A stretch of DNA of 64,000 bases from Eledone cirrhosa (GCA_964016885.1 OZ024759.1:27652001-27716000), one strand, 5' to 3'; positions 38,474 through 54,803 are shown, counted from the stretch's first letter. Notes: generated by a model from the sequence alone, not told the origin. Numbers and translations are program-made.

Positions 38474-38714
38474 GACAATTCTGTCATTACAACAGCAGAG
38501 GTCCAACGAGCTTTTGATTCGATACAAATCAAACCTTGAGTTGATCAATAGCGAAAGATGCATCACTAATCAATTGACATAATGAAGGCATAACAAATTG
38601 TCCTTGTATTATTATATTTACACTCTGTTTAGTTCTACAGCTCGCTACTGACATCAATCTAAACATCAAGTGTTTACCTGGGTCAAACCTACACTAACTT
38701 CACGTTATACTTCC

Positions 38715-38780
<66 letters not shown>

Positions 38781-39734
38781 CATGGAGGCACATGGCTTCG
38801 TGGTTAGAGCATTGGCCTTGCAATCGAAAGGTTGTGAGTTCAATTCTCAGACCGGGTGATGTGTTGTTTCCTTGAGCAAGACACTTTATTTCACATTGCT
38901 CCAGTTTACTCAGCTGTAGAAATGAGATGATAGGGGCTGGGGTCCCTATCATTCCACTGCAAAGTGGTCGTGGAGGTGCCACGGCAAAAAAAAAGCACCC
39001 AGCCCACACTGCAAAGTGGTCGTGGAGGTGCCATGGCAAAAAAGCACCCAGAACTCACTGTAAATGAGGTTGGTGTTAGGAAGGGCATCCAGCTGTAGAA
39101 ATCAAGCCAGAATCAGTTCCCGTCCCACCCTTGCAAGCAGGGAAAAGTGGACGTAAAATGAAATGAAATGAATGAAATGAAATGATATATATACACATAT
39201 ATATATACAGAGAGAGAAAGACAGAGAGAGAGAGATGAGAGAGAGAGAGGGGAGTAAGTAAGCAGCATCTGGTAGTACAGTGAAGATACATCTGCCCTTG
39301 GGTAAGAGTCAGGAATGTGAGTGGGGGTAGGGGCGAGGAGGGGATGAGAAGGTGGGTAGGGGGAAAATGACTTAAAGTGGGGGAGATAAAGTATGTGAGG
39401 AGGGAGGGGGTGGAATAGCTAAGTGACGGGGGGGGGGGGGGGGTGATGAAAAGTAGGGCAGCCTGCCTAAGTTGCTGTTACATTTTTCTACCTTTTAAAG
39501 CCATCCTTCCCTTGTTCGAGGAAGTCAGGGATGTGAGGGGGCGGGGCTGATAGCCAGTAAGGAAGGGGAGGTGTGAGGGTGGAGTGGTGGGTGGGGCAGT
39601 CTATATGTTGTTATATCCTTCTGTCTTTCATCCCCGCCTGTGTAGGGATGCGGCTTCTCGGCCGTATGGTATCTCGACAGCCACCTCGATCCTGTGTAAG
39701 CTCCTCCGTCAGGTCAAACTTTTTAAGGTAGGCC

Positions 39735-39797
<63 letters not shown>

Positions 39798-40440
39798 CAT
39801 ATATATGTTACATATATATAAATATATATATATGTTACATATATATAAATATTCATATATATATATGTATATATATATATATTATCATCATCATCATCAT
39901 CATCGTTTAACGTCCATATTCCACGCTTGCATGGGTTTGGACGGGAGTTTTCCCACTTGAGGCAAGAGTGGTTGTCTTGCTCGTATAGGACTGTCTGGCG
40001 GGTTTTCTACGGCTGGATGCCCTTCCTAACACCAACCACATTTACAGTGTGGGGCTGGGAGGTTTTTACCGTGTTACCTGCACGGCCACATTACAGCGTG
40101 GACTGTGTGTTTTTTTGTCGTGACACCTACACGATCTCATTTGTTTCGGCCTGGATGTTGTGGTACCAACATAACTTTACATTGAAAGGGGCGGTGTGGA
40201 TGGGGTGGGGGTAGTGGGACGGGTGTGTATTTTGTTAGAGGTGCCTACTGACTGTAGTAGGTCTTACTTTGTATTTAGGCAAGGCGGGTCTTCTCTATTA
40301 ATGTGTAGCGCCAAAGGTCTCGGTCCAGTGACATTGTCTTGAAGAGGTGTAAGTGTGTGAGGTCGGAATTTATCAGCTCGTCCCAGGTTTTTCTGGGTCT
40401 GCCTACTCCGTGGCTACCGTCTATTTTTATTGCCCTGCAC

Positions 40441-40478
<38 letters not shown>

Positions 40479-40696
40479 CATATATATGTATACATATATA
40501 TAAATATACATATATATATATATGTATATATATATGCGTGTGTGTATATATTTTATGTATGACTAAATACTTTATGAAGTGTCAACATATGTATAGCTGA
40601 AAGTACAGAGGAATAACATCAATAGTGTGATGGCATGTTGTAGATTCTGTGTATATATATATATATATATATATACACATACACACACATACAATT

Positions 40697-40734
<38 letters not shown>

Positions 40735-40925
40735 GGTTATGCATGAGTGCATTAATGTTTTCCAGGACACAGTGTTATGTACCGTGTAGTGGAATGTCAG
40801 CTTACAACAGAGTGGTGCTCAACGAAATGCAGAAAAAAGGTGTATATTCCAGTTTAGCTATATTCCGGGGCGTGTATAAAGAATTAAAAAGAACAGAAAG
40901 ATGCAGTAAAAGAGATTTATTCAGT

Positions 40926-41040
40926 TCTTACGTACGTTTCAATAGACATCTATTTGCCTAGATCTCGCTACATCTATAATATTATATATTTAGTAGAGCA
41001 TGCGATATCCAATGCACAATCGATCCCATATCATCAGAGA
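40926..41040 (-). ncRNA. Hammerhead motif with extended helix II, family 5
   Basis: tct-CTGATGA-(about 90-nt imperfect hairpin)-GAAA-CGTACG-TA-aga; palindromic helix III, GUA site. Confidence 0.55.
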
Positions 41041-41959
41041 TTATCATATATATATACACACACACATACAATTATACATATATATATACACACACATACA
41101 TACATACATACACACACTTACTCATACATACATACAGACTTACATACATACATGATGGCTGCCCCCTCGTTATCGAGTATGGCCATTGCACGATATACCA
41201 TTATTAATAATTATTAATTAATTCTATCGTGCAATGCCTGTGCGTGAAGATATTTTTTCAAGTGAGGAGAGACTGTGCACTGAGCCAATCCCACTCTCTG
41301 AGCGACAGTAGCTATACCCCGAAAAGAAGAAGAGATCAACATACATACATACAGATATACATACGCACATACATATATACATACATACAGATATACATAC
41401 ACACATACATACAGATATACATACACACATACATATATACATACATACACATACATATATACATACATACAGATATACATACACACATACATATATACAT
41501 ACATACAGATATACATACACACATACATATATACATACATACATACAGATATACATACAAACATACATATATACAAAGAAGATGTATATATCATGTATGT
41601 ATAATATATCCATACTGTCACACACAGTTACACCCACTGTTCCCAGTGAATTAAATATATGCATGGTATATATATATATAATATAATCTATATAATATAT
41701 ACACACCTGTCCGTTGTGGGTGTCATGGTGTTGTATGTCTGTTGCTAATGAAGTTATCTCCCTTTGTTAATCAATAGTAACTGAATGAATGAAGGAATTG
41801 GGCTGAGAAAGGAGACAGTATCTGCTGTGGCCGAGGGGTTAGGTGGATGGCTTCACAATAATTAGGCTTACCTAGGTCCCGGGATTCGATCCGCCACTGT
41901 GTGACCAGTTTGGGCAGTACCATCATCATCAACACCACCGACACCATTAACACCACCAC

Positions 41960-42592
41960 CACCACCACCAACACCAACAACAATAAGAACAACAACACTG
42001 GAGCCTCTTCCACCACTACAATTGCCATTGCCACCCCATCACCAACAACAGGAACAGTGGTTCTACCCTCCCCAACACCACCACCACCAACAACAACAAC
42101 AGCAACACCAATTCCACCACTACAACTGCCATTACCACCCCATCACCAACAACAGCAACAGTGGTTCTACCCCCCCCGCACCACCAACAACAACAACAAC
42201 ACTAGAGCCTCTTCCACCACTACAACTGCCATTGCCACCCCATCACCAACAACAGCAACAGTGGTTCTACCCCCCCCCCCCCACCACCAACAACAACAAC
42301 AACACTGGAGCCTCTTCCACCACTACAATTGCCATTGCCACCCCATCACCAACAACAGCAACAGTGGTTCTACCCTCCCCAACACCACCACCACCACCAC
42401 CAACAACAACAACACTAGAGCCTCTTCCACCACTACAACTGCCATTGCCACCCCATCACCAACAACAGCAACAGTGGTTCTACCCCCCCCCCCCACCAAC
42501 AACAACAACAACACTGGAGCCTCTTCCACCACTACAATTGCCATTGCCACCCCATCACCAACAACAGCAACAGTGGTTCTACCCTCCCCAAC

Positions 42593-42623
<31 letters not shown>

Positions 42624-43237
42624 CTAGAGCCTCTTCCACCACTACAACTGCCATTGCCACCCCATCACCAACAGCAACAGTGGTTCTACCCTCCCCAACA
42701 CCACCACCACCAACAACAACAACAGCAACAACAACAGCAACACCAATTCCACCACTACAACTGCCATTGCCACCCCATCACCAACAGCAACAGTGGTTCT
42801 ACCCTCCCCAACACCACCACCACCAACAACAACAACAGCAACAACAACAGCAACACCAATTCCACCACTACAACTGCCATTGCCACCCCATCACCAACAG
42901 CAACAGTGGTTCTACCCTCCCCAACACCACCACCACCACCAACAACAACAACAGCAACACCAATTCCACCACTACAACTGCCATTGCCACCCCATCACCA
43001 ACAACAGCAACAGTGGTTCTACCCTCCCCAACACCACCACCACCACCAACAACAACACTAGAGCCTCTTCCACCACTACAACTGCCATTGCCACCCCATC
43101 ACCAACAACAGCAACAGTGGTTCTACCCTCCCCAACACCACCACCACCACCAACAACAACACTAGAGCCTCTTCCACCACTACAACTGCCATTGCCACCC
43201 CATCACCAACAGCAACAGTGGTTCTACCCTCCCCAAC

Positions 43238-43269
<32 letters not shown>

Positions 43270-43350
43270 CAACAGCAACACCAATTCCACCACTACAACT
43301 GCCATTGCCACCCCATCACCAACAGCAACAGTGGTTCTACCCTCCCCAAC

Positions 43351-43381
<31 letters not shown>

Positions 43382-43680
43382 GCAACACCAATTCCACCAC
43401 TACAACTGCCATTGCCACCCCATCACCAACAACAGCAACAGTGGTTCTACCCTCCCCAACACCACCACCAACAACAACAACAACAACAACAACAACAGCA
43501 ACACCAATTCCACCACTACAACTGCCATTGCCACCCCATCACCAACAGGAACAGTGGTTCTACCCTCCCCAACACCACCACCAACAACAACAACAGCAAC
43601 ACCAATTCCACCACTACAACTGCCATTGCCACCCCATCACCAACAACAGCAACAGTGGTTCTACCCACCCCATCATAAAC
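41960..43680. repeat. About 110-bp AAC/ACC-rich minisatellite, about 15 copies
   Basis: Recurrent ccactacaactgccattgccaccccatcacc..cagtggttctaccctcccc unit. Confidence 0.92.
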
Positions 43681-43850
43681 AACAAAAACAACAACAGCAG
43701 CAGCAGCAGCAATTCCACCACCACTACCACTGTCAACACCCCACCACCAATAACAGCAACAACAATAACAACAACAGCAGCATAACACTCCCCATCTCTC
43801 ATCACCACAAACACAACAACAGCACCAACAATACTGTTGTTTTTAAGACT

Positions 43851-43940
<90 letters not shown>

Positions 43941-44815
43941 TATCTCTATACAGGTCAAGACACATACCCTTCTGCCTGATACACCCACACACACCATCCC
44001 ACTGATTCTTTAATGAGATTAAGTGGACAAGTTGGAACCTGACTGTAGAAATCTCATTAACTCTTTCATTACAATATTTATCCATTTAGTGTTCAAACCG
44101 ACCAAAACCGGCCAGAATTCTCTGTTGAAACTGGCTGTAACTGGTCGCACAAACTGATGTTATAGTATTGTTCTCAAAATAAATACTTTCAAAATCTCAT
44201 AGATTCAATATTATGTGAGATAATTATGTGAGGTAAATAAAGCCTTTACCATGAAAATATAATAGCATATATAAAATAATTGTTTCTACTTTAGGCACAA
44301 GGCCAGCAATTTCACAGTGCATTACTGGTACTTTATTTTATCGACCCCGTAAGGATGAAAGGCAAAGTCAACCTCGGCGGGATTTGAACTCAGATTGTAA
44401 AGGGACGTAAGTATGCTGGAAAGCATGGCGTCCGACCCTCTACTGATACTGCCAATATATAAAATAATGTGAATGCTAAAGGGTTAACAGCAGCGAATTG
44501 GCAGAGTCGTTAGAATGTCGGATAAAATGTTTTGCAGTATTCATTCTGGTTCTCTATTCTCTGAGTTCAACTTTGCCTTTCATCCATTCAAGGTTGATAA
44601 AATAAGTATCAGTCAAGTACTGGGGTCAATTCTTCCTCTATATCTCTGTTTTACATCCATTCTGTCACTTTCTTTCCTTCTCTAGAAGAGATCTGCTGTA
44701 TTCAGACCTGGAGTGGAAATGGGCTCCACCAAGTTTAAAAGAAGCCCTAGAAATGCTGTATGTGGTGCCTCTATGACTCCTTCAAGAGTTACAGGACCAT
44801 GCATACATACATATA

Positions 44816-45033
44816 CAGGGTGAAGATAAAGTCTTTCCCTGATTATAACATACCATATCTCAGATAATATTTGAGATTTTACTTTATATATTTACTTTTA
44901 ATTTATAAATTTCAAGTTTAAAGTGTTTCTGAACATGTTTTACATTTTCTCTTTTACAGGAAGTAGTTGTAATTCTCAGAAACAAAATGGTATCTATGTG
45001 GTTTATAATCAGGGAAAGACTATGTTCACTATG
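44816..45033. mobile_element. Tc1/mariner-type MITE
   Basis: About 30-bp TIRs CAGGGTGAAGATAAAGTCTTTCCCTGATTATA / TATAATCAGGGAAAGACTATGTTCACTATG with TA on both sides. Confidence 0.72.
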
Positions 45034-47051
45034 TATTTATAATTAAATTTAATACACTGCCTCAGTATTTCAATTTATTTTGAAAAATAATAATAAAAAA
45101 ATTTGGAGAAATTTAAAGATAATAACTAACTTTCCATTAGCAAGCCTATGTTTGGTGTAATATTTAACAAAATCCTTCTTAAATAAAATTATGATGGAAG
45201 ATTTTAATCCAGCGGTTCTTAACCTTTTGTCCCACTTCTCAAAAACAGCTAAAAAATTGTTATGCCCGCCCTCCCTCTCACTCGCACACTTTGATATATG
45301 AAAACAGCAATGATCAACTGTAAAGTGTAAACAAATTAATATATAGGTGGTGCCAGATGCACAATAGCATATGTGGAGGGGGAGGTGAGACAGGAGTTTC
45401 CAACAGAAATGTATACCAAAGTTACTTTGGTGTAAAATAAATAAGGTAAAACCTGAAGTTTGTTCACATTGACATCATTTACAAATTTCACCCCCTTAAA
45501 TATGAAGGGATATAAAAAAAGAATGGATCCCAGTACTGGACTAGTATTATTTATCGACCCCAAGGTGACTGCGTCTCTTGTCGAGACAACAGGTGGACTA
45601 TTAGAGTGACAAAGTGCAGGAGTGGTGGAAGCATTTCTGAATTGGCGGTGTGCAAATTTGGTCAATTTAGTTGTAGTAATTAGTTTAGCTCTTTGTACAC
45701 TAAAGTGGCCAGAAAATGCAATTTGAGTCCAAGCAGCAGATTATAATACATTTACAGCTTTCAATAATTATAAAGTGATTACAGCTGGAGAGAAATGAAG
45801 CAAGTATGGTCCGTTGGATGTGCAATGTCAATGTGCGTGAACGACCAAGCATGGACGAGTTGAGAAAGAAACTGGGTATAAGAGGGATAAGTTGTGGTGT
45901 GCAGGAGAGAAAGCTGAGATGGTATGGACATGTGATGCGCATGGAGGATGACCGCTGGATAAAGAAGTGCCAAGAAATCCCAGTAGAAGGACGATGCAGT
46001 TGAGGTAGACCACGTAAAACATAGGCGGAAGTAGTGAGAGCAGACCTCAGATCGCTGAAACTCACCGAGGAGATGACGAAGGACCGTGATAACTGGAGAG
46101 ATGCTGTGCTGAATAGGACCCGTCCAACCCTTGCAAGCAGGGAAAAGCGGACGTAAAATGATGAAGATGATGATATAGCAAAATGACCTATGAAATCTGT
46201 CTCTGAATACACATACTAGCAAGTGGCAAATAGTGATATGTGGAAAAAAAGTTATGACATGACAAAAAAATCTACTATGAAAGTTAACATAACATATTAC
46301 ACTGTTATTATCAAATATCAACCAAGATATAAAAAACTTCCATATGTGATAAACATAACATGTACATAAATTGTAGCGTATATATATATAAATAGATATA
46401 TGTTTTGGTAGTTTGGAGAAAAAAAAAATATATATATATAAACATATGTATATATATATAAACTCCAGGTAGAAAGAGCAATGTGAAATAAAGTCTCTTG
46501 CCCAAGAACACAACGCATCACCCTGTTCGACTGATAGACAGTATTAGCAATTGGAAAGACCAATGGAAACATTGTTTCCTTGGTCCCATTTGACAAAAGT
46601 CGATCAACTGCCGATATATATAAACCTATGTATATATATAGAAAGATAAGAGAGGGGGAGAGAGAGTATTGTTCTTCTATACATATAAGTATATATATTC
46701 CAGTTTGCACATGTCAACTAATCGAATACGATCCACTGGATGTGCAACAGAAGTAATATAAACTAGCCATTAGAATAGAAATGAATTTGTTCAGACACTT
46801 TCAGGAAAACCTAGTCAAGGGGAGGTTACCGTGCAAGTTGGTGTTTTCCGGCTGTTACCCTGGGCTGACCAAGTCTATTCTCTGTTCACTAAATCCATTC
46901 AAAGAGTTTTGGTCTGCCTCGATTTTGCGGTTATCTCAGTGACAACTCCCTAACCATAGAGCCACTCTAAAATATATAAAGGGTTATTAATAAATATATA
47001 TATTGATAATTTTTAATCAGGTTTTAATACATTGTAATTCTTACAAAATAA

Positions 47052-47552
47052 ATGTCTGCTATCCCACTACATCTCTTGTGTACCCAAGATCTGCATTGTG
47101 TGCATTTTATAGAATTTATGCCTGTTCCTTTTCTGCATATCGAACATGGCCATTTCCCTGACGGAATCAGAGTTTTGTCCTCTTTTCTACTCATCAACAC
47201 TTTTGTCTTAGCTAGGTTCACTCTCAGTCTTCTTGATTCCAACTGCTGTATCCCTTGCCAGAATTTATTCTCTAGCTCCTCTACTGATTCTGCTAAAAGA
47301 ACCAGATTTCAGCATAGAGAAGTTCCCATGGACAGCCAGTCTTAAACTCCTCTGTTATGGCTTGGAGGACTATAATGAACAAGAGCGGGCTGAGGACAGA
47401 ACCCTGATGTACTCCTACTTGTATCTGGAATTGTTCACTAAACTCCATTTCTACCTTCACTTTACTGACAGCACCTCTGTACAAAGTTTGCACTGTCCTC
47501 ACAAGCCATTCCTCAACACCTAGTTTCCTTAGGGACCACCAGATGACAGAAC
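47052..47552 (-). mobile_element. RTE LINE reverse-transcriptase fragment, frameshifted
   Basis: VGVHQGSVLSPLLFIIVL...CPWELLYA and RLRVNLAKTKV..GKWPCSICRKG. Confidence 0.88.
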
Positions 47553-50329
47553 TTAAGTTCTATTATCGAGTGGTCTTGGATTTCCTACTTATAGTTGCTC
47601 GCACATTGCTCGGTTTGCGTTTTTTTTTGCTGTTTTGTTAGTTTCTTTTTTCTTCCCCTTTGCTTTCCTTCCCTCCTTCCTTCGTTTTCCCAATAACTTA
47701 CCCAGTTATTGACGCCTTGGGGTGAAGTGGTATCTTGTCTTTAAAGCCTAAAAATATCCTAGACCCCCAGTAGACAACTGGTGAGGGAACCCCCCCCCCC
47801 CCCTGTTCTTGCTTTCTTCGTTTTCCCACTGTATTTTAAGTTACCTTAAATAGCAACTACACAGTCATTTCTATTCTCCATATATATACAGATAAAATCT
47901 CTCTCTCTATATATAAAAAAAAATATATATATACATATATAATATATATATATATATATAATATAATATATATATATATTATATATGTATATATATATAT
48001 ACTTTTTAATATATATATAGAGAGAGAGATTTTATAAGTATATATATATTATATATATATATATTATATGTCTATATATATATTATACAATGGTAAACAT
48101 TGAGAACCGAATGAATTAACTGTTATAAAAGATACAGAAGCGAAAACCAACCAAAGTGAATGTGTTCTGTTATTAATTCTGGCAATATTATTACAATATG
48201 ACCCTCCCCAAGTATAACTATATTATACATGTATAGATATATATTATATAAATGCATATATATATATATATATCTTTCCTCTTCCTTGTCTCTCTGTCGC
48301 TGTTATCCTCCCATATTTACTCTCTCTTTTTGTTTCTCCCTCTAATTCTTAAATCCTTCTTTCCCTTTTTCCCCCTCCCCCTTCTCTTATTCTTTCCTTC
48401 TCTCTACCTTACCTCCTATTCACTCAACACCCCTCTCTCACTATCTGTCTGTCTCTTTCTGCAGTTCCAGTGTATTCCTCTGCCTTTCTTTCCCTCTCAC
48501 CCTATCTTCACAATTGACCCCCTCCTACCACGACACTATCTTCTTTCTGTCTCTCTCACCTCACTGGAATAAAATTGCGGGTGTGCAAACTCAGATTAAT
48601 TTTACAGTCGAAGGGGAGGTAATCTGTAAACCAGGTGAAAATAACACGAACAAAATAAATAAATTAATAAAACATCAATGTATTCGCCATAATTACATTT
48701 ATAACTTCATAATAAAACATTGATAATGAAAAATAACGATGTAAAGGTAAGATGACAATCTCAGCTTCGTGAAATTCCGTTAAAAATATTCGCGGTTATC
48801 TTGGCAGATGATCGTTACAAGTGTGTGTTTGTGCGAAAGTTTGTTTGCGTGTGTGTATATATATTTATATATCACAATAAAGTAACAAAGCCATAAACTC
48901 TCGTTATTCCCTGTCAATAATGTGCTCAAAGGAAAAGGAATCCTGAACTCTTTAAAATACAATATGTTGAAAAGGTAACACACTAGAGAGAGATATAGTG
49001 TGCCATCAATAAAACAGGCAAAACCACCAATGTATGGAATCTATAATCTATGGAAGGCAGGGTAGACACACAATAACTAAAAATATAAATTAAAATGGAA
49101 TAGCCTACGGTTCATCAGCGCTTTAGAGAGATGTCTGGAATGTATAGTCTTGCCCGGGCTGATGAACCGTAAGACTATTCCATTTCAGTCAACAATTTCC
49201 CGGCGAAGCAGATCTCTTTGGATTTGTACTCATGTGTTATATAGTTATAGAGGTGCGTGTATACATTTTAATTTATATTTTTAATTATTGTGTGTCTACC
49301 CTGTTACCTTTTCAACATATTGTATTTTATATTTATATATATATAAGACTCCAATTCTCTTTGTTATCGCCCGGTGTTAGAAAGAGCAGCCAAATCTTAT
49401 TTATACCTCACCCTTGGGAAGTCTCGTTTTTCTCAACGAAGATCTATGAGTTGTTCGACAAATGAAATGATTGAAATTAATGTAATTATATATGGCTGAG
49501 CATTCCATAGAATAAACGCAACGCAGTTTTTTGAGCCGAATTAGTAAACTGACAGACGATAATTGCTTAATAAATTTATGTGTTTTTTTCCTTGCACACA
49601 CACATATAAATATATATATATATATATACCTGCCTTCTGAGTTCAAATCCTGTTGAGGTCAACTTTGCCTTTCATCATTTCGAGGTCCATAAAGAAAGTA
49701 CCAGTCTAGCACGGGACCCGATACTTTCACTATATCTCTTTCTCATTTCCTCTATCTCACGTTCTACCCTTCTCTGGAAGAAATCTGCCGAGATATATAT
49801 ATATATATATATGTGTGTGTTTGTGTGTATAGCAGTTAGGTTAATTATCCAGGTTTCAATGGTAGATGGGCTTCGTAAGGGTGGAACAGTAGTTGATAAA
49901 CGAAACAAAACGAACACAGGGATGCCAAAATACAAAGTCATATTAGGTTCACATTTGGAGGAATTGGAGGTGTGTTTGAATTTTAACAGGCTAATGTCTA
50001 GGTTACTAAAATATCGCTGGATATCTCCACATTTAAACATTAACAATATAGAATTAGGAGAACCTTGGATTTCCCTCCAAAAACGGGGCGTCACTTTCAC
50101 TAAGGATCTCTGATGTACATTACGAAAGATGGCTGTAACTGATTTCAATAGACTGGCTTTTCTCTTCAGCATCGTTGGATTTGGACTGAATTATATCCAA
50201 GGCGAATAGAAGAAAACTATTTATGTAAGAACGTTGGGACTTCCCTCTAATGATCTTTGAGGTAAGCTAACATATTCTGAGGTGAAATCGTGGAATAACC
50301 AAGTATGTCCACTAGGAGCATAACCTGAT

Positions 50330-50392
50330 ATGTGTATGCACATAAGTATATATATGTGTATATATATATATATATATATGTGTGTATGTATG

Positions 50393-50435
<43 letters not shown>

Positions 50436-50706
50436 ATGTATGTATGTATATATATATATGTGTGTGTATGTATGTATATATATATATATATGTGTATGTA
50501 TGTATATATGTATATATATATATAGATATATATGTGTGTATGTATGTATATAATAGATATATATGTGTGTATGTATGTATATATATAGATATATATGTGT
50601 GTATGTATGTATATATATAGATATATATGTGTGTATGTATGTATATATATAGATATATATGTGTGTATGTATGTATATATATATATATATATATGTGTGT
50701 ATGTAT

Positions 50707-50773
<67 letters not shown>

Positions 50774-50776
50774 ATG

Positions 50777-50841
<65 letters not shown>

Positions 50842-50872
50842 ATGTATATATATATATATATATATATGTGTG

Positions 50873-50913
<41 letters not shown>

Positions 50914-51116
50914 ATGTTTGTATATATATATATATGTGTGTGTATGTATGTATATATGTATATATATATATATGTGTGTGTATGTATGTATATATGTATA
51001 TATATATATATATGTGTGTGTATGTATGTATATATGTATATATATATATGTATATATATATATATGTATATATATATGTGTATATATGTATATGTATATA
51101 TGTATATATATATATG

Positions 51117-51147
<31 letters not shown>

Positions 51148-51863
51148 GTGTATGTATGTATATATATATATATATATATGTGTATATATGTATATATATA
51201 TATATGTGTATGTATATATATATGTATATATATATATATGTGTATGTATGTATATACATATATATGTGTGTATGTATGTATGTATGTATATATGTATATA
51301 CATATATATATGTGTGTATGTATGTATGTATGTATGTATGTATATATGTATATACATATATATGTGTGTATGTATGTATATATGTATATACATGTATGTA
51401 TATATATGTGTGTATGTATGTATATATGTGTGTATGTATGTATATATATGTGTATGTATGTATATATATATGTGTGTATGTATGTATATATATATATATG
51501 TATGTATATATATATATATGTATGTATATATATATATGTGTATGTATGTATATATATATATATGTATGTATATATATATATGTGTATGTATGTATATATA
51601 TGTGTATGTATGTATATATATGTGTATGTATATATATAATATATATATATATGTGTATGTATATATATATGTGTATGTATATATATATGTGTATGTATAT
51701 ATATATGGTGTGTATGTATATATATATGTGTTGTATGTATGTATATATATATGTGTGTATGTATGTATATATATGTGTGTATGTATGTATATGTATATAT
51801 ATATGTGTGTATGTATGTATATCTATATGTGTGTGTATATATATATATATATGTGTGTGTATG

Positions 51864-51900
<37 letters not shown>

Positions 51901-52957
51901 ATATATATATATATATGTGTGTATGTATGTATATATATATGTGTGTATGTATGTATATATATATGTGTGTATGTATGTATATTATATATGTGTGTATGTA
52001 TGTATATATATATATGTGTGTATGTATGTATATATATATGTGTGTATGTATGTATATATATATGTGTGTATGTATGTATATATATATGTGTGTATGTATG
52101 TATATATATATGTGTGTATGTATGTATATATATATATGTGTATGTATGTATATATATATGTGTATGTATGTATATATATATGTGTATGTATGTATATATA
52201 TATATGTGTATGTATATATATATATATATATATATTATGTATATATATTATATGTGTATGTATATATATATATATGTGTGTATGTATATATATATATGTG
52301 TGTGTATGTATATATATATATATGTGTGTGTATGTATATATATATATGTGTGATATGTATAATATATGTGTGTGTATTATATATATATATGTGTGTATGT
52401 ATATATATATGTGTGTATGTATGTATATATATATGTGTATGTATATATTGTGTATGTATATATATATATATGTGTATGTATGTATATATATATATGTGTT
52501 GTATGTATATATATATTGTATGTATGTATATATTATATGTGTATGTATGTATATATATATATGTGTATGTATGTATATATATATATTGTGTATGTATGTA
52601 TATATATGTATGTAGTATATATATATATGTGTGTATGTATGTATATATATATGTATTGTATATATATATATGTGTGTATGTATGTATATATATATATGTG
52701 TGTATGTATATATATATATATATGTGTGTATGTATATTATATATATATATGTGTGTATGTATATATATATATATATATGTGTATGTATATATATATATAT
52801 ATGTGTATGTATATATATATATATATATATGTGTATGTATATATATATATATATGTGTATGTATATATATATATATATGTGTATGTATATATATATATAT
52901 ATGTGTATGTATATATATATATATATGTGTATGTATATATATATATATATATATGTG

Positions 52958-52994
<37 letters not shown>

Positions 52995-54197
52995 ATGTAT
53001 ATATATATATATATGTGTATGTATATATATATATGTGTATTGTATATATATATATATGTGTATGTATATATATATATATGTGTGTGTATGTATATATATA
53101 TATATGTGTGTATGTATATATATATATATATGTGTGTGTATGTATATATATATATATATGTGTGTGTATGTATATATATATATATATGTGTGTGTATGTA
53201 TATATATATATATTGTGTGTATGTATATATATATATATATGTGTTGTGTATGTATATATATATATATATGTGTGTGTATGTATATATATATATATATATG
53301 TGTGTGTATGTATATATATATATATATGTGTGTGTATGTATATATATATATATATATGTGTGTGTATGTATATATATATATATATGTGTGTATGTATATA
53401 TATATATATATGTGTGTGTATGTATATATATATATATTATATGTGTGTGTATGTATATATAATATATATATGTGTGTGTATGTATGTATATATATATATA
53501 TGTGTGTGTATGTATGTATATATATATATGTGTGTATGTATGTATATATATATACATGTGTGTATGTATGTATATATATATATATATGTGTATGTATTAT
53601 ATATGTGTATGTATGTATATATACGTGTATGTATGTATATATATATATATGTGTGTATGTATGTATATATGTGTATGTATGTATATATATGTGTATGTAT
53701 GTATATATATATGTGTATGTATATATATATATATGTGTATGTATGTATATATATGTGTATGTATATGTGTATGTATGTATGTATATATATGTGTATGTAT
53801 GTATGTATATATAATGTGTATGTATGTATATATATATATGTGTATGTATATATATATATATGTGTATGTATGTATATATGTGTATGTATGTATATATATA
53901 TATGTGTATGTATGTATATATATATGTGTATGTATGTATATATATATGTGTATGTATGTATATATATAATGTGTATGTATGTATATATATAATGTGTATG
54001 TATGTATATATATAATGTGTATGTATGTATATATATGTGTATGTATGTATATATATATAATATATATGTATGTATATATATATAATATATATGTATATAT
54101 ATATATAATATATATGTATATATATATATTATAATATATATGTATAATATATATATAATATATATGTATATATATATGTATATTTATATATATAATA

Positions 54198-54236
<39 letters not shown>

Positions 54237-54296
54237 TATATATAATATATATGTATATATATATATAATATATATATATATATAATATATATGTAT

Positions 54297-54348
<52 letters not shown>

Positions 54349-54507
54349 ATATATATGTATATATATATATATAATATATATGTATATATATATATAATAT
54401 ATATATATATATAATATATATGTATATATATATATAATATATATATATAATATATATATATAATATATATATATATGTATATATATAATATATATATATA
54501 TATATAA

Positions 54508-54558
<51 letters not shown>

Positions 54559-54803
54559 TATATATGTATATATAATATATATATATAATATATATATATG
54601 TATATATATAATATATATGTATATATATATATAATATATATATATGTATATATATATATAATATATATGTATATATATATATAATATATATGTATATATA
54701 TATATAATATATATGTATATATATATATATATAATATATATGTATATATATATATTATATATATAATATATATGTATATATATATATATATAATATATAT
54801 ATG

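Noticed and set aside
41822-41900. tRNA gene-like sequence with A and B boxes
   Set aside because: No complete cloverleaf or acceptor stem; more likely a decayed SINE head.
41901-43979. Mucin-like Thr/Pro/Gln ORFs
   Set aside because: All three frames are open and the unit frameshifts between copies; no splice support; minisatellite.
47690-47830. Candidate first exon or promoter of the AKNA gene (GTAAGT donor on -)
   Set aside because: Part of the sequence recurs inverted at about 57655-57715, so it is a dispersed repeat; no support for a promoter call.
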